A stretch of DNA of 64,000 nt from Nemertoderma westbladi. Taxonomy: Eukaryota > Animalia > Xenacoelomorpha. The DNA lies in NCBI GenBank assembly GCA_032718475.1, contig JAUCBJ010006375.1, forward strand, positions 1 through 64,000, in the 5' to 3' direction. The position numbers were made by a program, and so were the translations under genes. Positions 12,536-26,144 of this stretch are shown piece by piece (position 1 is the first letter of the stretch; every line of letters starts with the position of its first letter). The notes under the pieces are model-generated. The model had not been told where the DNA came from. It was given only the letters and a program-made list of their open reading frames with translations, and searched no databases.

Positions 12536-15500
12536 AGGATGTGTCTCCATAGTGGTATGAGATAATAAAGCTAGGATGTGTCTCTATAGTGGTGTAAGAT
12601 AATAAAGCTAGGATGTGTCTCTATAGTGGTGTAAGATAATAAAGCTAAGATGTGTCTCTGTAGTGGTGTAAGATAATAAAGCTAGGATGTATCTCCATAG
12701 TGGTATGAGATAATAAAGCTAGGATGTGTCTCTATAGTGGTGTAAGATAATAAAGCTAAGATGTGTCTCTATAGTGGTGTAAGATAATAAAGCTAGGATG
12801 TGTCTCCATAGTGGTATGAGATAATAAAGCTAGGATGTGTCTCTATAGTGGTGTAAGATAATAAAGCTAGGATGTGTCTCCATAGTGGTATGAGATAATA
12901 AAGCCAGGATGTGTCTCTATAGTGGTGTAAGATAATAAAGCTAGGATGTGTCTCTATAGTGGTGTAAGATAATAAAGCTAGGATGTGTCTCTATAGTGGT
13001 GTAAGATAATAGAGCTAGGATGTGTCTCTATAGTGGTGTAAGATAATAAAGCTAGGATGTGTCTCTATAGTGGTGTAAGATAATAAAGCTACGATGTGTC
13101 TCTATAGTGGTGTAAGATAATAAAGCTAAGATGTGTCTCTATAGTGGTGTAAGATAATAAAGCTAAGATGTGTCTCTATAGTGGTGTAAGATAATAAAGC
13201 TAGGATGTGTCTCTATAGTGGTGTAAGATAATAAAGCTAAGATGTGTCTCTATAGTGGTGAAAGAGAATAAAGCTAGGATGTGTCTCTATAGTGGTGTAA
13301 GATAATAAAGCTAGGATATGTCTCTATAGTGGTGTAAGATAATAAAGCTAAGATGTGTCTCTATAGTGGTGTAAGATAATAAAGCTAGGATGTGTCTCTA
13401 TAGTGGTGTAAGATAATAAAGCTAGGAAGTGTCTCTATAGTGGTGTAAGATAATAAAGCTAGGATGAGTCTCTATAGTGGTGTAAGATAATAAAGCAAGG
13501 ATGTGTCTCTTTAGTGGTGTAAGATAATAAAGTTAAGATGTGTCTCTATAGTGGTGTAAGATAATAAAGCTAGGATGTGTCTCTATAATGGTATGAGATA
13601 ATAAAGCTAGGATGTGTCTCTATAGTGGTGTAAGATAATAAAGCTAGGATGTGTCTCTATAGTGGTGTAAGATAATAAAGCTAGGATGTGTCTCTATAGT
13701 GGTGTAAGAGAATAAAGCTAGGATGTGTCTCTATAGTGGTGTAAGATAATAAAGCTAGGATGTGTCTCTATGGTGGTGTAAGATAATAAAGCTAGGATGT
13801 GTCTCTATAGCGGTGTAAGATAATAAAGCTAGGATGTGTCTCTATAGTGGTGTAAGATAATAAAGCTAGGATGTGCCTCTATAGTGGTGTAAGATAATAA
13901 AGCTAGGATGTGTCTCTATAGTGGTGTAAGATAATAAAGCTACGATGTGTCTCTATGGTGGTGTAAGATAATAAAGCTAGGATGTGTCTATATAGTGGTG
14001 TAAGATAATAAAGCTAGGATGTGTCTCTATAGTGGTGTAAGATAATAAAGCTAGGATGTGTCTCTATAGTGGTGTAAGATAATAAAGCTAGGATGTGTCT
14101 CTATAGTGGTGTAAGATAATAAAGCTAGGATGTGTCTCTATAGTGGCGTAAGATAATAAAGCTAGGATGTGTCTCTATAGTGGTATAAGATAATAGAGCT
14201 AGGATGTGTCTCTATAGTGGTGTAAGATAATAAAGCTAGGATGTGTCTCTATGGTGGTGTAAGATAATAAAGCTAGGATGTGTCTCTATAGTGGTATAAG
14301 ATAATAAAGCTAGGATGTGTCTCTATATTGGTGTAAGATAATAAAGCTAATATGTGTCTCTAAAGTGGTATAAGATAATAAAGCTAGGATGTGTCTCTAT
14401 ATTGGTGTAAGATAATAAAGCTAGGATGTGTTTCTATAGTGGTGTAAGATATTAAAGCTAAGATGTGTCTCTATAGTGGTATAAGATAATAGAGCTAGGA
14501 TGTGTATCTATAGTGGTGTAAGAGAATAAAGCTAGGATGTGTCTCTATAGTGGTGTAAGATAATAAAGCTAGGATGTGTCTCTATAGTGGTATAAGATAA
14601 TAAAGCTAGGATGTGTCTCTATAGTGGTATAAGATAATAGAGCTAGGATGTGTCTCTATAGTGGTGTAAGAGAATATAGCTAGGATGTATCTCTATAGTG
14701 GTGTAAGATAATAAAGCTAGGATGTGTCTCTATGGTGGTGTAAGATAATAAAGCTAGGATGTGTCTCTATAGTGGTATAAGATAATAAAGCTAGGATGTG
14801 TCTCTATATTGGTGTAAGATAATAAAGCTAAGATGTGTCTCTAAAGTGGTATAAGATAATAGAGCTAGGATGTGTCTCTATAGTGGTGTAAGAGAATATA
14901 GCTAGGATGTGTCTCTATATTGGTGTAAGATAATAAAGCTAGGATGTGTCTCTATAGTGGTGTAAGATAATAAAGCTAGGATGTGTCTCTATAGTGGTAT
15001 AAGATAATAGAGCTAGGATGTGTCTCTATAGTGGTGTAAGATAATAAAGCTAGGATGTGTCTCTATAGTGGTGTAAGATAATAAAGCTAGGATGTGTCTC
15101 TATAGTGGTGTAAGATAATAAAGCTAGGATGTGTCTCTGTAGTGGTGTAAGATAATAAAGCTAGGATGTGTCTCTATAGTAGTGTAAGATAATAAAGCTA
15201 GGATGTGTCTCTGTAGTGGTGTAAGATAATAAAGCTAAGATGTGTCTCTATAGTGGTATAAGATAATAGAGCTAGGATGTGTCTCTATAGTGGTGTAAGA
15301 TAATAAAGCTAGGATGTGTCTCTATATTGGTGTAAGATAATAAAGCTAGGATGTGTCTCTATAGTGGTGTAAGATAATAAAGCTAGGATGTGTCTCTATA
15401 TTGGTGCAAGATAATAAAGCTAGGATGTGTCTCTATGGTGGTGTAAGAGAATAAAGCTAGGATGTGTCTCTATAGTGGTGTAAGATAATAAAGCTAGGAT

Positions 15501-18500
15501 GTGTCTCTATAGTGGTATAAGATAATAGAGCTAGGATGTGTCTCTATAGTGGTGTAAGAGAATAAAGCTAGGATGTGTCTCTATAGTGGTGTAAGATAAT
15601 AAAGCTAGGATGTGTCTCTATAGTGGTGTAAGATAATAAAGCTAGGATGTGTCTCTGTAGTGGTGTAAGATAATAAAGCTAAGATGTGTCTCTATAGTGG
15701 TATAAGATAATAGAGCTAGGATGTGTCTCTATAGTGGTGTAAGATAATAAAGCTAGGATGTGTCTCTATAGTGGTGTAAGATAATAAAGCTAGGATGTGT
15801 CTCTGTAGTGGTGTAAGATAATAAAGCTAAGATGTGTCTCTATAGTGGTATAAGATAATAGAGCTAGGATGTGTCTCTATAGTGGTGTAAGATAATAAAG
15901 CTAAGATGTGTCTCTATAGTGGTATAAGATAATAGAGCTAGGATGTGTCTCTATAGTGGTGTAAGAGAATAAAGCTAGGATGTGTCTCTATAGTGGTGTA
16001 AGAGAATAAAGCTAGGATGTGTCTCTATAGTGGTGTAAGATAATAAAGCTAGGATGTGTCTCTATAGTGGTGTAAGATAATAAAGCTAGGATGTGTCTCT
16101 ATAGTGGTATAAGATAATAAAGCTAGGATGTGTCTCTATATTGGTGTAAGATAATAAAGCTAAGATGTGTCTCTAAAGTGGTATAAGATAATAAAGCTAG
16201 GATGTGTCTCTATAGTGGAGTAAGATATTAAAGCTAAGATGTGTCTCTATAGTGGTGTAAGATAATAAAGCTAGGATGTGTCTCTATGGTGGTGTAAGAT
16301 AATAAAGCTAGGATGTGTCTCTATAGTGGTATAAGATAATAGAGCTAGGATGTGTCTCTACAGTGGTGTAAGATAATAAAGCTAGGATGAGTCTCTATAG
16401 TGGTGTAAGATAATAAAGCAAGGATGTGTCTCTTTAGTGGTGTAAGATAATAAAGCTAAGATGTGTCTCTATAGTGGTGTAAGATAATAAAGCTAGGATG
16501 TGTCTCTATAATGGTATGAGATAATAAAGCTAGGATGTGTCTCTATAGTGGTGTAAGATAATAAAGCTAGGATGTGTCTCTATAGTGGTGTAAGATAATA
16601 AAGCTAGGATGTGTCTCTATAGTGGTGTAAGAGAATAAAGCTAGGATGTGTCTCTATAGTGGTGTAAGATAATAAAGCTAGGATGTGTCTCTATGGTGGT
16701 GTAAGATAATAAAGCTAGGATGTGTCTCTATAGCGGTGTAAGATAATAAAGCTAGGATGTGTCTCTATAGTGGTGTAAGATAATAAAGCTAGGATGTGCC
16801 TCTATAGTGGTGTAAGATAATAAAGCTAGGATGTGTCTCTATAGTGGTGTAAGATAATAAAGCTACGATGTGTCTCTATGGTGGTGTAAGATAATAAAGC
16901 TAGGATGTGTCTATATAGTGGTGTAAGATAATAAAGCTAGGATGTGTCTCTATAGTGGCGTAAGATAATAAAGCTAGGATGTGTCTCTATAGTGGTATAA
17001 GATAATAGAGCTAGGATGTGTCTCTATAGTGGTGTAAGATAATAAAGCTAGGATGTGTCTCTATGGTGGTGTAAGATAATAAAGCTAGGATGTGTCTCTA
17101 TAGTGGTATAAGATAATAAAGCTAGGATGTGTCTCTATAGTGGTGTAAGATAATAAAGCTAGGATGTGTCTCTATAGTGGTGTAAGATAATAAAGCTAGG
17201 ATGTGTCTCTGTAGTGGTGTAAGATAATAAAGCTAAGATGTGTCTCTATAGTGGTATAAGATAATAGAGCTAGGATGTGTCTCTATAGTGGTGTAAGATA
17301 ATAAAGCTAGGATGTGTCTCTATAGTGGTGTAAGATAATAAAGCTAGGATGTGTCTCTGTAGTGGTGTAAGATAATAAAGCTAAGATGTGTCTCTATAGT
17401 GGTATAAGATAATAGAGCTAGGATGTGTCTCTATAGTGGTGTAAGAGAATAAAGCTAGGATGTGTCTCTATAGTGGTGTAAGATAATAAAGCTAGGATGT
17501 GTCTCTATGGTGGTGTAAGATAATAAAGCTAGGATGTGTCTCTATAGTGGTATAAGATAATAAAGCTAGGATGTGTCTCTATATTGGTGTAAGATAATAA
17601 AGCTAAGATGTGTCTCTAAAGTGGTATAAGATAATAAAGCTAGGATGTGTCTCTATAGTGGAGTAAGATATTAAAGCTAAGATGTGTCTCTATAGTGGTG
17701 TAAGATAATAAAGCTAGGATGTGTCTCTATGGTGGTGTAAGATAATAAAGCTAGGATGTGTCTCTATAGTGGTATAAGATAATAGAGCTAGGATGTGTCT
17801 CTACAGTGGTGTAAGATAATAAAGCTAGGATGTGTCTCTATAATGGTATAAGATAATAAAGCTAAGATGTGTCTCTATAGTGGTGTAAGATAATAAAGCT
17901 AGGATGTGTCTCTATAGTGGTGTAAGATAATAGAGCTAGGATGTGTCTCTACAGTGGTGTAAGATAATAAAGCTAGGATGTGTCTATATAATGGTATAAG
18001 ATAATAAAGCTAAGATGTGTCTCTATAGTGGTGTAAGATAATAAAGCTAGGATGTGTCTCTATAGTGGTGTAAGATAATAAAGCTAGGATGTGTCTCTAT
18101 AGTGGTGTAAGATAATAAAGCTAGGATGTGTCTCTATTGTGGTATAAGATAATAAAGCTAGGATGTGTCTCTATAATAATAAAGCTAGGAAGTGTCTCAA
18201 TAGTGGCGTAAGATAATAAAGCAAGGATGTGTCTCTATAGTGGTGTAAGATAATAAAGCTAGGATGTGTCTCTATAGTGGTGTAAGATAATAAAGAAAGG
18301 ATGTGTCTCCATATTGGTGTAAGATAATAAAGCTAGGATGTGTCTCTATAGTGGTGTAAGATAATAAAGCTAGGATGTGTCTCTATAGTGGTGTAAGATA
18401 ATAAAGCTAGGATGTGTCTCTATAGTGGTGTAAGATAATAAAGCTAGGATGTGTCTCTATAAGGGTGTAAGAGAATAAAGCTAGGATGTGTCTCTATAGT

Positions 18501-19600
18501 GGTGTAAGATAATAAAGCTAGGATGTGTCTCTATAGTGGTGTAAGATAATAAAGCAAGGATGTGTCTCTTTAGTGGTGTAAGATAATAAAGCTAAGATGT
18601 GTCTCTATAAGGGTGTAAGATAATAAAGCTAGGATGTGTCTCTTTAGTGGTGTAAGATAATAAAGCTAAGATGTGTCTCTATAAGGGTGTAAGATAATAA
18701 AGCTAGGATGTGTCTCTTTAGTGGTGTAAGATAATAAAGCTAAGATGTGTCTCTATAAGGGTGTAAGATAATAAAGCTAGGATGTGTCTCTATAGTGGTG
18801 TAAGATAATAAAGCTAGGATGTGTCTCTATAGTGGTGTAAGATAATAAAGCTAGGATGTGTCTCTATAAGGGTGTAAGAGAATAAAGCTAGGATGTGTCT
18901 CTATAGTGGTGTAAGATAATAAAGCTAGGATGTGTCTCTATAAGGGTGTAAGATAATAAAGCTAGGATGTGTCTCTTTAGTGGTGTAAGATAATAAAGCT
19001 AAGATGTGTCTCTATAAGGGTGTAAGATAATAAAGCTAGGATGTGTCTCTTTAGTGGTGTAAGATAATAAAGCTAAGATGTGTCTCTATAAGGGTGTAAG
19101 ATAATAAAGCTAGGATGTGTCTCTTTAGTGGTGTAAGATAATAAAGCTAAGATGTGTCTCTATAAGGGTGTAAGATAATAAAGCTAGGATGTGTCTCTTT
19201 AGTGGTGTAAGATAATAAAGCTAAGATGTGTCTCTATAAGGGTGTAAGATAATAAAGCTAGGATGTGTCTCTTTAGTGGTGTAAGATAATAAAGCTAAGA
19301 TGTGTCTCTATAAGGGTGTAAGATAATAAAGCAAGGATGTGTCTCTTTAGTGGTGTAAGATAATAAAGCTAGGATGTGTCTCTATAGTGGTGTAAGAGAA
19401 TAAAGCTAGGATGTGTCTCTATAGTGGTGTAAGATAATAAAGCTAGGATGTGTCTCTATAGTGGTATAGGATAATAAAGCTAGGATGTGTCTCTATAGTG
19501 GTGTAAGATAATAAATCTAGGATGCGTCTCTATCGTGGTGTAAGATAATAAAGCTAGGATGTGTCTCTATAGTGGGGTAGAGAAAAAAGCTAGGAAGTGT
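12536..19600. repeat. 37-bp satellite (GATAATAAAGCTAGGATGTGTCTCTATAGTGGTGTAA), about 190 units
   Basis: Direct periodicity over about 7 kb, with a higher-order duplication visible. Confidence 0.98.
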
Positions 19601-19804
19601 CATGTTTTTAGTTCGACACTCGAACAAGTACGTAACGATCAAGTTTTGGAAAAATTTGTTTGGAGGTCTAATATAAATAATATACGATTTTACAACAATT
19701 TCAATTTGTATTATACAACAATTCACTGCACATCTTCAATTAATTAATTGTTAATTCATAATTATTAAGTTAAAAGGAACAACACTGCAAGAAGGCAATC
19801 GATG

Positions 19805-20875
19805 AGTTGTGGGGCGAGCCACGAAAGTAAGCGAGCTTAGCATACGGGTATCACTATTTCAACCTTGTGTCTGATTGTCGGACGATCGGTTTATCGGTCT
19901 AATCTTTGAAAGTTTGAAATATTTGAAAATTTCAGGAACTCTCTACTTTCTTAAACTAAAACATTGTAGGACTAATCTATGAATGGGTTATCTGTTTAGA
20001 AAATTTATACACAGACAGACTTCTACAGTTCGCCTGTCGGTCGCTAGGGGGCTAGATATCTAAACATTAAATGTCTTCCCATTTCTTTGCTTTTAATCCG
20101 TCAAGCTGAAACTTGCCAGATATGTTATAAACAATCAGCTGTGTTATAACCGCCTGCAGTTATCCAGTCTGTGGCTAGAGGGCGCAATGTGTGATAGTGA
20201 AATCCTTCTCTCACTTGGTCATTTATAATCCGTTCAAGCAGAAACTTGTGATATACATACTAGCACACATCCTGCGACTAATCTGTGTTCAGTTCTCCAA
20301 TCCGCCGCTACAGGGCGAAATGTCTGGAAGTGCAAACCGTCTCCCATCCCCGTGATATAAGTCCGTTTAAGCGGAAACTTGGTATAAATGTACTCGTCTT
20401 CCATCTCCGTGATATAAGTCCGTTTAAGCGGAAACTTGGTATAAATGTACTCGTCTCCCATCTCCGTGATGTAAGTCCGTTTAGGCGGAAACTTGGTATA
20501 AATGTACTCGTCTCCCATCTCCGTGATGTAAGTCCGTTTAGGCGGAAACTTGGTATAAATGTACTCGTCTCCCATCTCCGTGATGTAAGTCCGTTTAGGC
20601 GGAAACTTGGTATAAATGTACTCGTCTCCCATCTCCGTGATATAAGTCCGTTTAAGCGGAAACTTGGTATAAATGTACTCGTCTTCCATCTCCGTGATAT
20701 AAGTCCGTTTAAGCGGAAACTTGGTATAAATGTACTCGTCTCCCATCTCCGTGATGTAAGTCCGTTTAAGCGGAAACTTGGTATAAATGTTCTCGAAAAT
20801 TGGTTGCGTCATTGTGAGACGCATCATCATCTATAGTTCCCAAGTTTTCGCTAGAGTTGCTTTATTAATTGCACA
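19805..20875. mobile_element. Probable non-autonomous interspersed element carrying an internal tandem array (Helentron/HINE-like style)
   Basis: Starts TGTGGGGCGAGCCA, also seen at about 41637. Has a short ACAG microsatellite, and its TTTAATCCG..AAGCTGAAACTTG modules grade into the 60-bp array. Boundaries are approximate. Confidence 0.35.
20338..20790. repeat. 60-bp tandem repeat, about 7.5 units
   Basis: Unit CGTCTCCCATCTCCGTGATATAAGTCCGTTTAAGCGGAAACTTGGTATAAATGTACT.. repeated directly. Confidence 0.95.
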
Positions 20876-23153
20876 ATTAATGTTGTAAGGGCAAACTGAA
20901 CTCATCACTCAATGATATTTTGGGAAAGTCGGTTTTCATTTATCTATTAGAGATTAGTTCACTTTCTTATATGCTCTCGTGCTGCGTGAAGGCCCCACAA
21001 CGTGTTATCAAAGTATAGGCCTTTTTGGGTGGAAGTTACAAAATATCAAACAATAAACCTAATACTGGCACTATTCGTATGTAAATGATTTAATTTAAAT
21101 ACAATATAGAAACTTATAAAATACTACACCATTTATTTGTATTATATAACTGCTAGCAAAAAATAAAGGGCGATCATTAAACAAAAATTACATTTTCGTT
21201 TTTGAATAACTCAGTCCCATAATTATTGTCATTATTTGTGAGTTCTAGCTCACCCAATGGCCATGAAGTCCAGGCCGTGTTGACGGACACGGTAGTTAAC
21301 TAAAACTGGTGAACTTCTAAAGGGGAAAAGGTTACTTTCAGTTACTGGACTAAAATGGTTGCTATCTGATGATAGCAGCGCTGTCCCGTGCAGTACAGTA
21401 GTGCCACGGTACATTTGTTTACTAAGTTCACATTTAGTTGAAAAGTCAACATTAAGTCAGATACCGTAATCAAATGATATTTTCAGACTCACAAGGATCC
21501 ATATAATTTCGGTCTCAGTTAGAACAAAAACTTAAATGTAACAATATTTGGTAATTAATTACCCTGCACAATAAAAAATGGGCTGCGAAAATGAGAAGAA
21601 ACAATTCATTAATTTGTGATATAAAAAGGTGAAACCTCCACAAAGGTATAAAGTTTACTGAACCAGAGAAAAAGGTAAATTAATTACATTAAATATTTAT
21701 GCCATAATAACAGACAGTTTGTTGCAATTAATTCATTAAATATTGTTAATAAGAATAATATAGTACAGTTTCAGAATTAATTACTTATTGGTTTATAAAT
21801 GATATGATATTACAATTTATTTAACTCACCGTTTCTTTAATGTATTAAAATTTATCAAACCGGGTTATTACCCACCCAGAAGTTATTTGCCCGCTTTTTA
21901 ATAGTAAGAAGCGGGTTTTCAACTCGGTTATTTTCCCGGAACCCGCTTTTCGCATGTTCAAAACAGTTGCTATGGATAAGCAAGTACAGTACATTCCATA
22001 ATAATACAATACAATTTACTGTATTGTATTCACAATACAGTTAACATTGCGATTGTACTGTGTACTGTATGTGTATTCAGTCTTCATTTTTATTCTAGAA
22101 CTAATATTTGACATTTTGCCAGAAAGATAGTAGCTAGTAATTTTGATTTTGTGTTAGCTAGTACTTTTTATTAGCTAGTGAAAAGAATTATAATTTAAAA
22201 ATTTAACAGTCTTGTTTCTTGTAAAAATGGCTTTTATTGTGAGGTTTCTTATTCTAGAACAAATGTTTGACTTTCTGACAGTAAGATGGTAGCTAGTACT
22301 TTTGATTTTGTGTTAACTAGGACTCTTTATTAGCTAGTAAAAAAAATAACAAAAATAATATTTAATTCTCAACTATATATTTCTCTGGATGAAATTATGA
22401 GCTAACTACTAATGAGCTTTCTGCTGTAGCTACTAGTTTTTAAACAAAATAATGGCGGATGTCAAAATACTTTTTGCTATTCAGAAATGTAAACTGACAA
22501 TTGTACTAAAATAAAAAACCTCACGATAATAGCAATTAACATGGTCAAATAATTGGTCAAAAAAAGTGTGTAAGCATTGCATAGTAGTAATGCCCTACTG
22601 TGTTTTGGGCACACCCCCACCAAATTTTTATACTAGCTAGTTTTTAGGCTAGAGTTCGGTGCCCGTGTCAGCATTTTCACTTCATTCCAAAATGTATCTA
22701 GTTTACTAGCTATTACTTTTAATGTTTGTGTAAAGTTCTCTAGAACATTTCGAAATATATATATTTTTTAATTATGTTCTAGAACATTTTGTAATATATA
22801 TATATATTTTAATTATGTTCTAGAACAAAATTGTATTCGTTCTAGAATATTTTTTAAAAATTGTAAATTCTTAGATAAGGTTTACAAAATGGATACAAAT
22901 TTCATAGACAGATTGTTCAATGAGATGGACACAGAGGCGGTTGAGTACAATGACGCCATCTGTCTGGACTATGACAATGGATAATTTTTAACGCAGGCTA
23001 CAATGGTTGAGGAGGACAATACCGATAGTTTCGATGGTGCTACAGACGAAATGCTGAGTCAGTTATCAATGATGGAAGAGGATATTAGCGACAATTTCGA
23101 TATTGCAACTGACGAAATGCTGAGTCAGATATCAATGGCCGAAGGAGATAATA

Positions 23154-23777
23154 ATGGCCGATGGCCTAACCCAACCTCGACAATATAAAAATAAAGCGTG
23201 GGAATACCCGGAGGATAGGTCTGTGTGTCCAGTGTCCTTGCATGAACTCTATATTGCTAAACGATTTCCTAATGGAAAGGTAGTGTCCGAAGCACCTTAT
23301 TGGGTCCGTCCTAAACCAGGCAATCCAAAGTCAGGCAAATCCCTTTGGTTCTGCGACCAGCCAACAGGGAAGAACCACTTTGCAATAATATTTAAATCCA
23401 TTGTCGAGACCGCCGATTTAAAGAGTGATGGACGTAAAATAACGCCTAACAGCTGCCACAAGACAACAGCACAGTCACTCGTAGACAATGACGTGCCTGT
23501 AAACTACGCACAGATGAAACTTGGCCATAAAAGCCTGTCCACGACGTCTAGTTATATCCGTCCTTCGGATGCTTCAAACCAGAAAATTAGCAACATTCTT
23601 TCCTCGGTGATGTCAGGTGGGGATAACGTACGAGCGGAGAAAGTCGCACATCACGAGGTTGATGCAGCTGCAACCAAGTCCTTGAATTCAGTGCAGGTGG
23701 AAGCGAATCGGTTCAATGCACTCGACTTCAAATCACTATTTACCAATAACGTGATTGCCGGTGACATAAAAACATAA
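23154..23777 (+). pseudogene. Tyrosine recombinase C-terminal fragment (Crypton/DUF3504-like)
   Basis: CPVSLHELYIAKRFP...WFCDQPTGKN...ITPNSCHKTT...LGHKSLSTTSSY resembles the YR C-terminal motifs. HxxR is degenerate, GH and the catalytic Y are kept, and the N-terminal part is missing. A broken acidic ORF lies upstream at 22889-23188. Confidence 0.75.
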
Positions 23778-24101
23778 CTTTTACAAAATAGACAGTAGAC
23801 ACATCGTAACAACCAACAACGTATCAGAAACTCTGAAGTAAATTGTTCAACAAATTGCTAAAATTATTTATATTGCGCTTCGAATATTATAGGGCCTACT
23901 TCAAATAATATACAGAAATATATTCATTGCCGTTAAACAGATAGTTATTTTAAAAATATAGATAATTATTCTTCCCCCAAAAAACCAAGCCCCTTTTTTA
24001 TGACCTGCCCCACCAACAAATCCCTCTTAGATTTGTTAATTAACCATGTCGGTGTGGAATAGTTACGCGGGAAAATAACTGCTGGTTGGGTAATAACTCA
24101 C

Positions 24102-24237
24102 TTATTACCCTAGTTTTGAGTTATTTTCCCGGTTATTTTGCCCTTGGAGCAGGATACCCTCGGGCCTGCGGCCCTTGGGTTGTATCCTGCTCCGCGGGCA
24201 AAATAACCGGGAAAATAACTCAAAACTAGGGTAATAA
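24102..24237. repeat. 136-bp near-perfect hairpin
   Basis: Perfect 42-bp arms (24102-24143 and 24196-24237), a further 12-bp stem, and an apical GGGCC-TGC-GGCCC. Confidence 0.95.
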
Positions 24238-24595
24238 ATACAGATAAATCGTGTTTAATTTCGAAGTAGTAACTATATTAATTGATTTAAAATAGGGTTT
24301 ATAAAAATGTTGCTCAAATAAAATACGGAGGTTCTAGTATTATGGGGTTCTAGCGAGGCCGCAGGCCGAGGTTATTATATTAGGTTAATTTGCTGAAGGA
24401 TAAGGCAGAAGTGATTATTACAGTTTTATTCGCTGAGTGTTTTTATTTCCGAATATTAACTCTGGAACATTGCAATATTGTGTTTATTGTTAATTCGAGC
24501 ATATTGAACGTAATGGCAGCATTGTATGCGATTAAAGCGATTTTTAGTGATCGTATTATAATCAAAACGCATATTCATTTTTTCTAGCGATTTTA

Positions 24596-24681
24596 GCCCC
24601 ACCCTCGCGTAGCGGTTAAATACATTGCCTTGAATTCACTTTCTCCCGAGGTCGTGGGTTCTACCCCTGCAGGCGGGGCCA
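24596..24681 (+). other. Degenerate tRNA-like sequence (possible SINE head or tRNA pseudogene)
   Basis: GCCCC...GGGGC-CA ends, A-box-like GCGTAGCGG, B-box-like GGTTCTACCCC. The anticodon arm is not canonical. Confidence 0.35.
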
Positions 24682-25271
24682 GGATATTTTTCGTTATTGC
24701 ACATATGCGTGGTTCCGTAATGCGTATTTTGTTCCAAAATTGTCGTTAATTGAGTACCAGTTATCCAGTTTTCTCAGGGGAGTATATTTCTGGGGGAATA
24801 TACTGGAAACGAGTCATGAATGTTGTGCCTCCAACATCTGTGGACGCACTTTCCTATTTTTTTTAAATTGTATAAAGGTCTTTACTTGTTTTTTTTTTTC
24901 GTTTCCGCACCCATTGTCTCTAACATAAGGTTATGACTACTAAATCTGTGTAACTATATTTATTATGTTTTAATATTTATAGCTACGATTTTACAATAGT
25001 GAATTTAATGAAATTAATAAGATGGCAAACAACGAAAATATCATAAGTTTCTCAATCCAGCAGTTTCTATCTGATTTAATGAGGTCGGATAGCTTTTAGT
25101 GATGTCAGTTTGTAATAAGAGTTATCTTCCTTACGAATAGGCGTAGAGGAGTAGAATTTAAAGACCCATTCTGTCAATATCATCGACTTAACGGCTCATA
25201 TTGCTTAATGGCGATATGTTTCCTTATCCAGTTTCTTCGAGATACGATATGAGAATAGCTACGTGTGAAAG

Positions 25272-25936
25272 AAACCGTATCAAGTTTGGTATATTTGCTG
25301 TACTATAGGATAAACCGTAGCAAGTTTGGTATATTTGCTGTACCATAGGATAAACCGTATCAAGTTTGGTATATTTGCTGTACTATAGGATAAACCGTAT
25401 CAAGTTTGGTATATTTGCTGTACCATAGGATAAACCGTAGCAAGTTTGGTATATTTGCTGTACTATAGGATAAACCGTATCAAGTTTGGTATATTTGCAG
25501 TACAATAGGATAAACCGTAGCAAGTTTGGTATATTTGCTGTACTATAGGATAAACCGTAGCAAGTTTGGTATATTTGCTGTACTATAGGATAAACCGTAT
25601 CAAGTTTGGTATATTTGCTGTACTATAGGATAAACCATAGCAAGTTTGGTATATTTGCTGTACCATAGGATAAACCGTAGCAAGTTTGGTATATTTGCTG
25701 TACTATAGGATAAACCGTATCAAGTTTGGTATATTTGCTGTACCATAGGATAAACCGTATCAAGTTTGGTATATTTGCTGTACCATAGGATAAACCATAG
25801 CAAGTTTGGTATATTTGCTGTACTATAGGATAAACCGTAGCAAGTTTGGTATATTTGCTGTACCATAGGATAAACCGTAGCAAGTTTGGTATATTTGCTG
25901 TACCATAGGATAAACCGTAGCAAGTTTGGTATATTT
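25272..25936. repeat. 40-bp satellite, left part (GGATAAACCGTAGCAAGTTTGGTATATTTGCTGTACTATA)
   Basis: Direct periodicity. It stops abruptly at the LINE 5' end. Confidence 0.97.
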
Positions 25937-26144
25937 CAATTATTCTATATATCATCTATATATATATCATATTGTATATCTCATCTAATTAAAGAGTACA
26001 ACAAAAGTTGTAGTCTAGTAGTCTGTAGTGCCTGATTACTGCTGTACTTAATAATAATTGATAATACTTGATTATAACCAAAATTGTTATTTGCAACAGT
26101 GGATTTGCAACGTTACTCAACTGGAAATTAGCCAGCACAGCAGC

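Larger units (their letters stand above)
21850..24249 (+). mobile_element. Crypton-like (tyrosine recombinase) DNA transposon, decayed
   Basis: Contains a YR ORF fragment. 21862-21894 is an inverted repeat of 24067-24099 (29/33 identical), followed by a hairpin at 24102-24237. Confidence 0.7.

Noticed and set aside
20234-20836. 198-aa and 183-aa ORFs on opposite strands
   Set aside because: They consist almost wholly of the 60-bp repeat, with no recognisable domain.
24596-24681. Functional tRNA gene
   Set aside because: The B box is degenerate (GTTCTA) and there is no proper anticodon stem. Kept only as a low-confidence tRNA-like relic.
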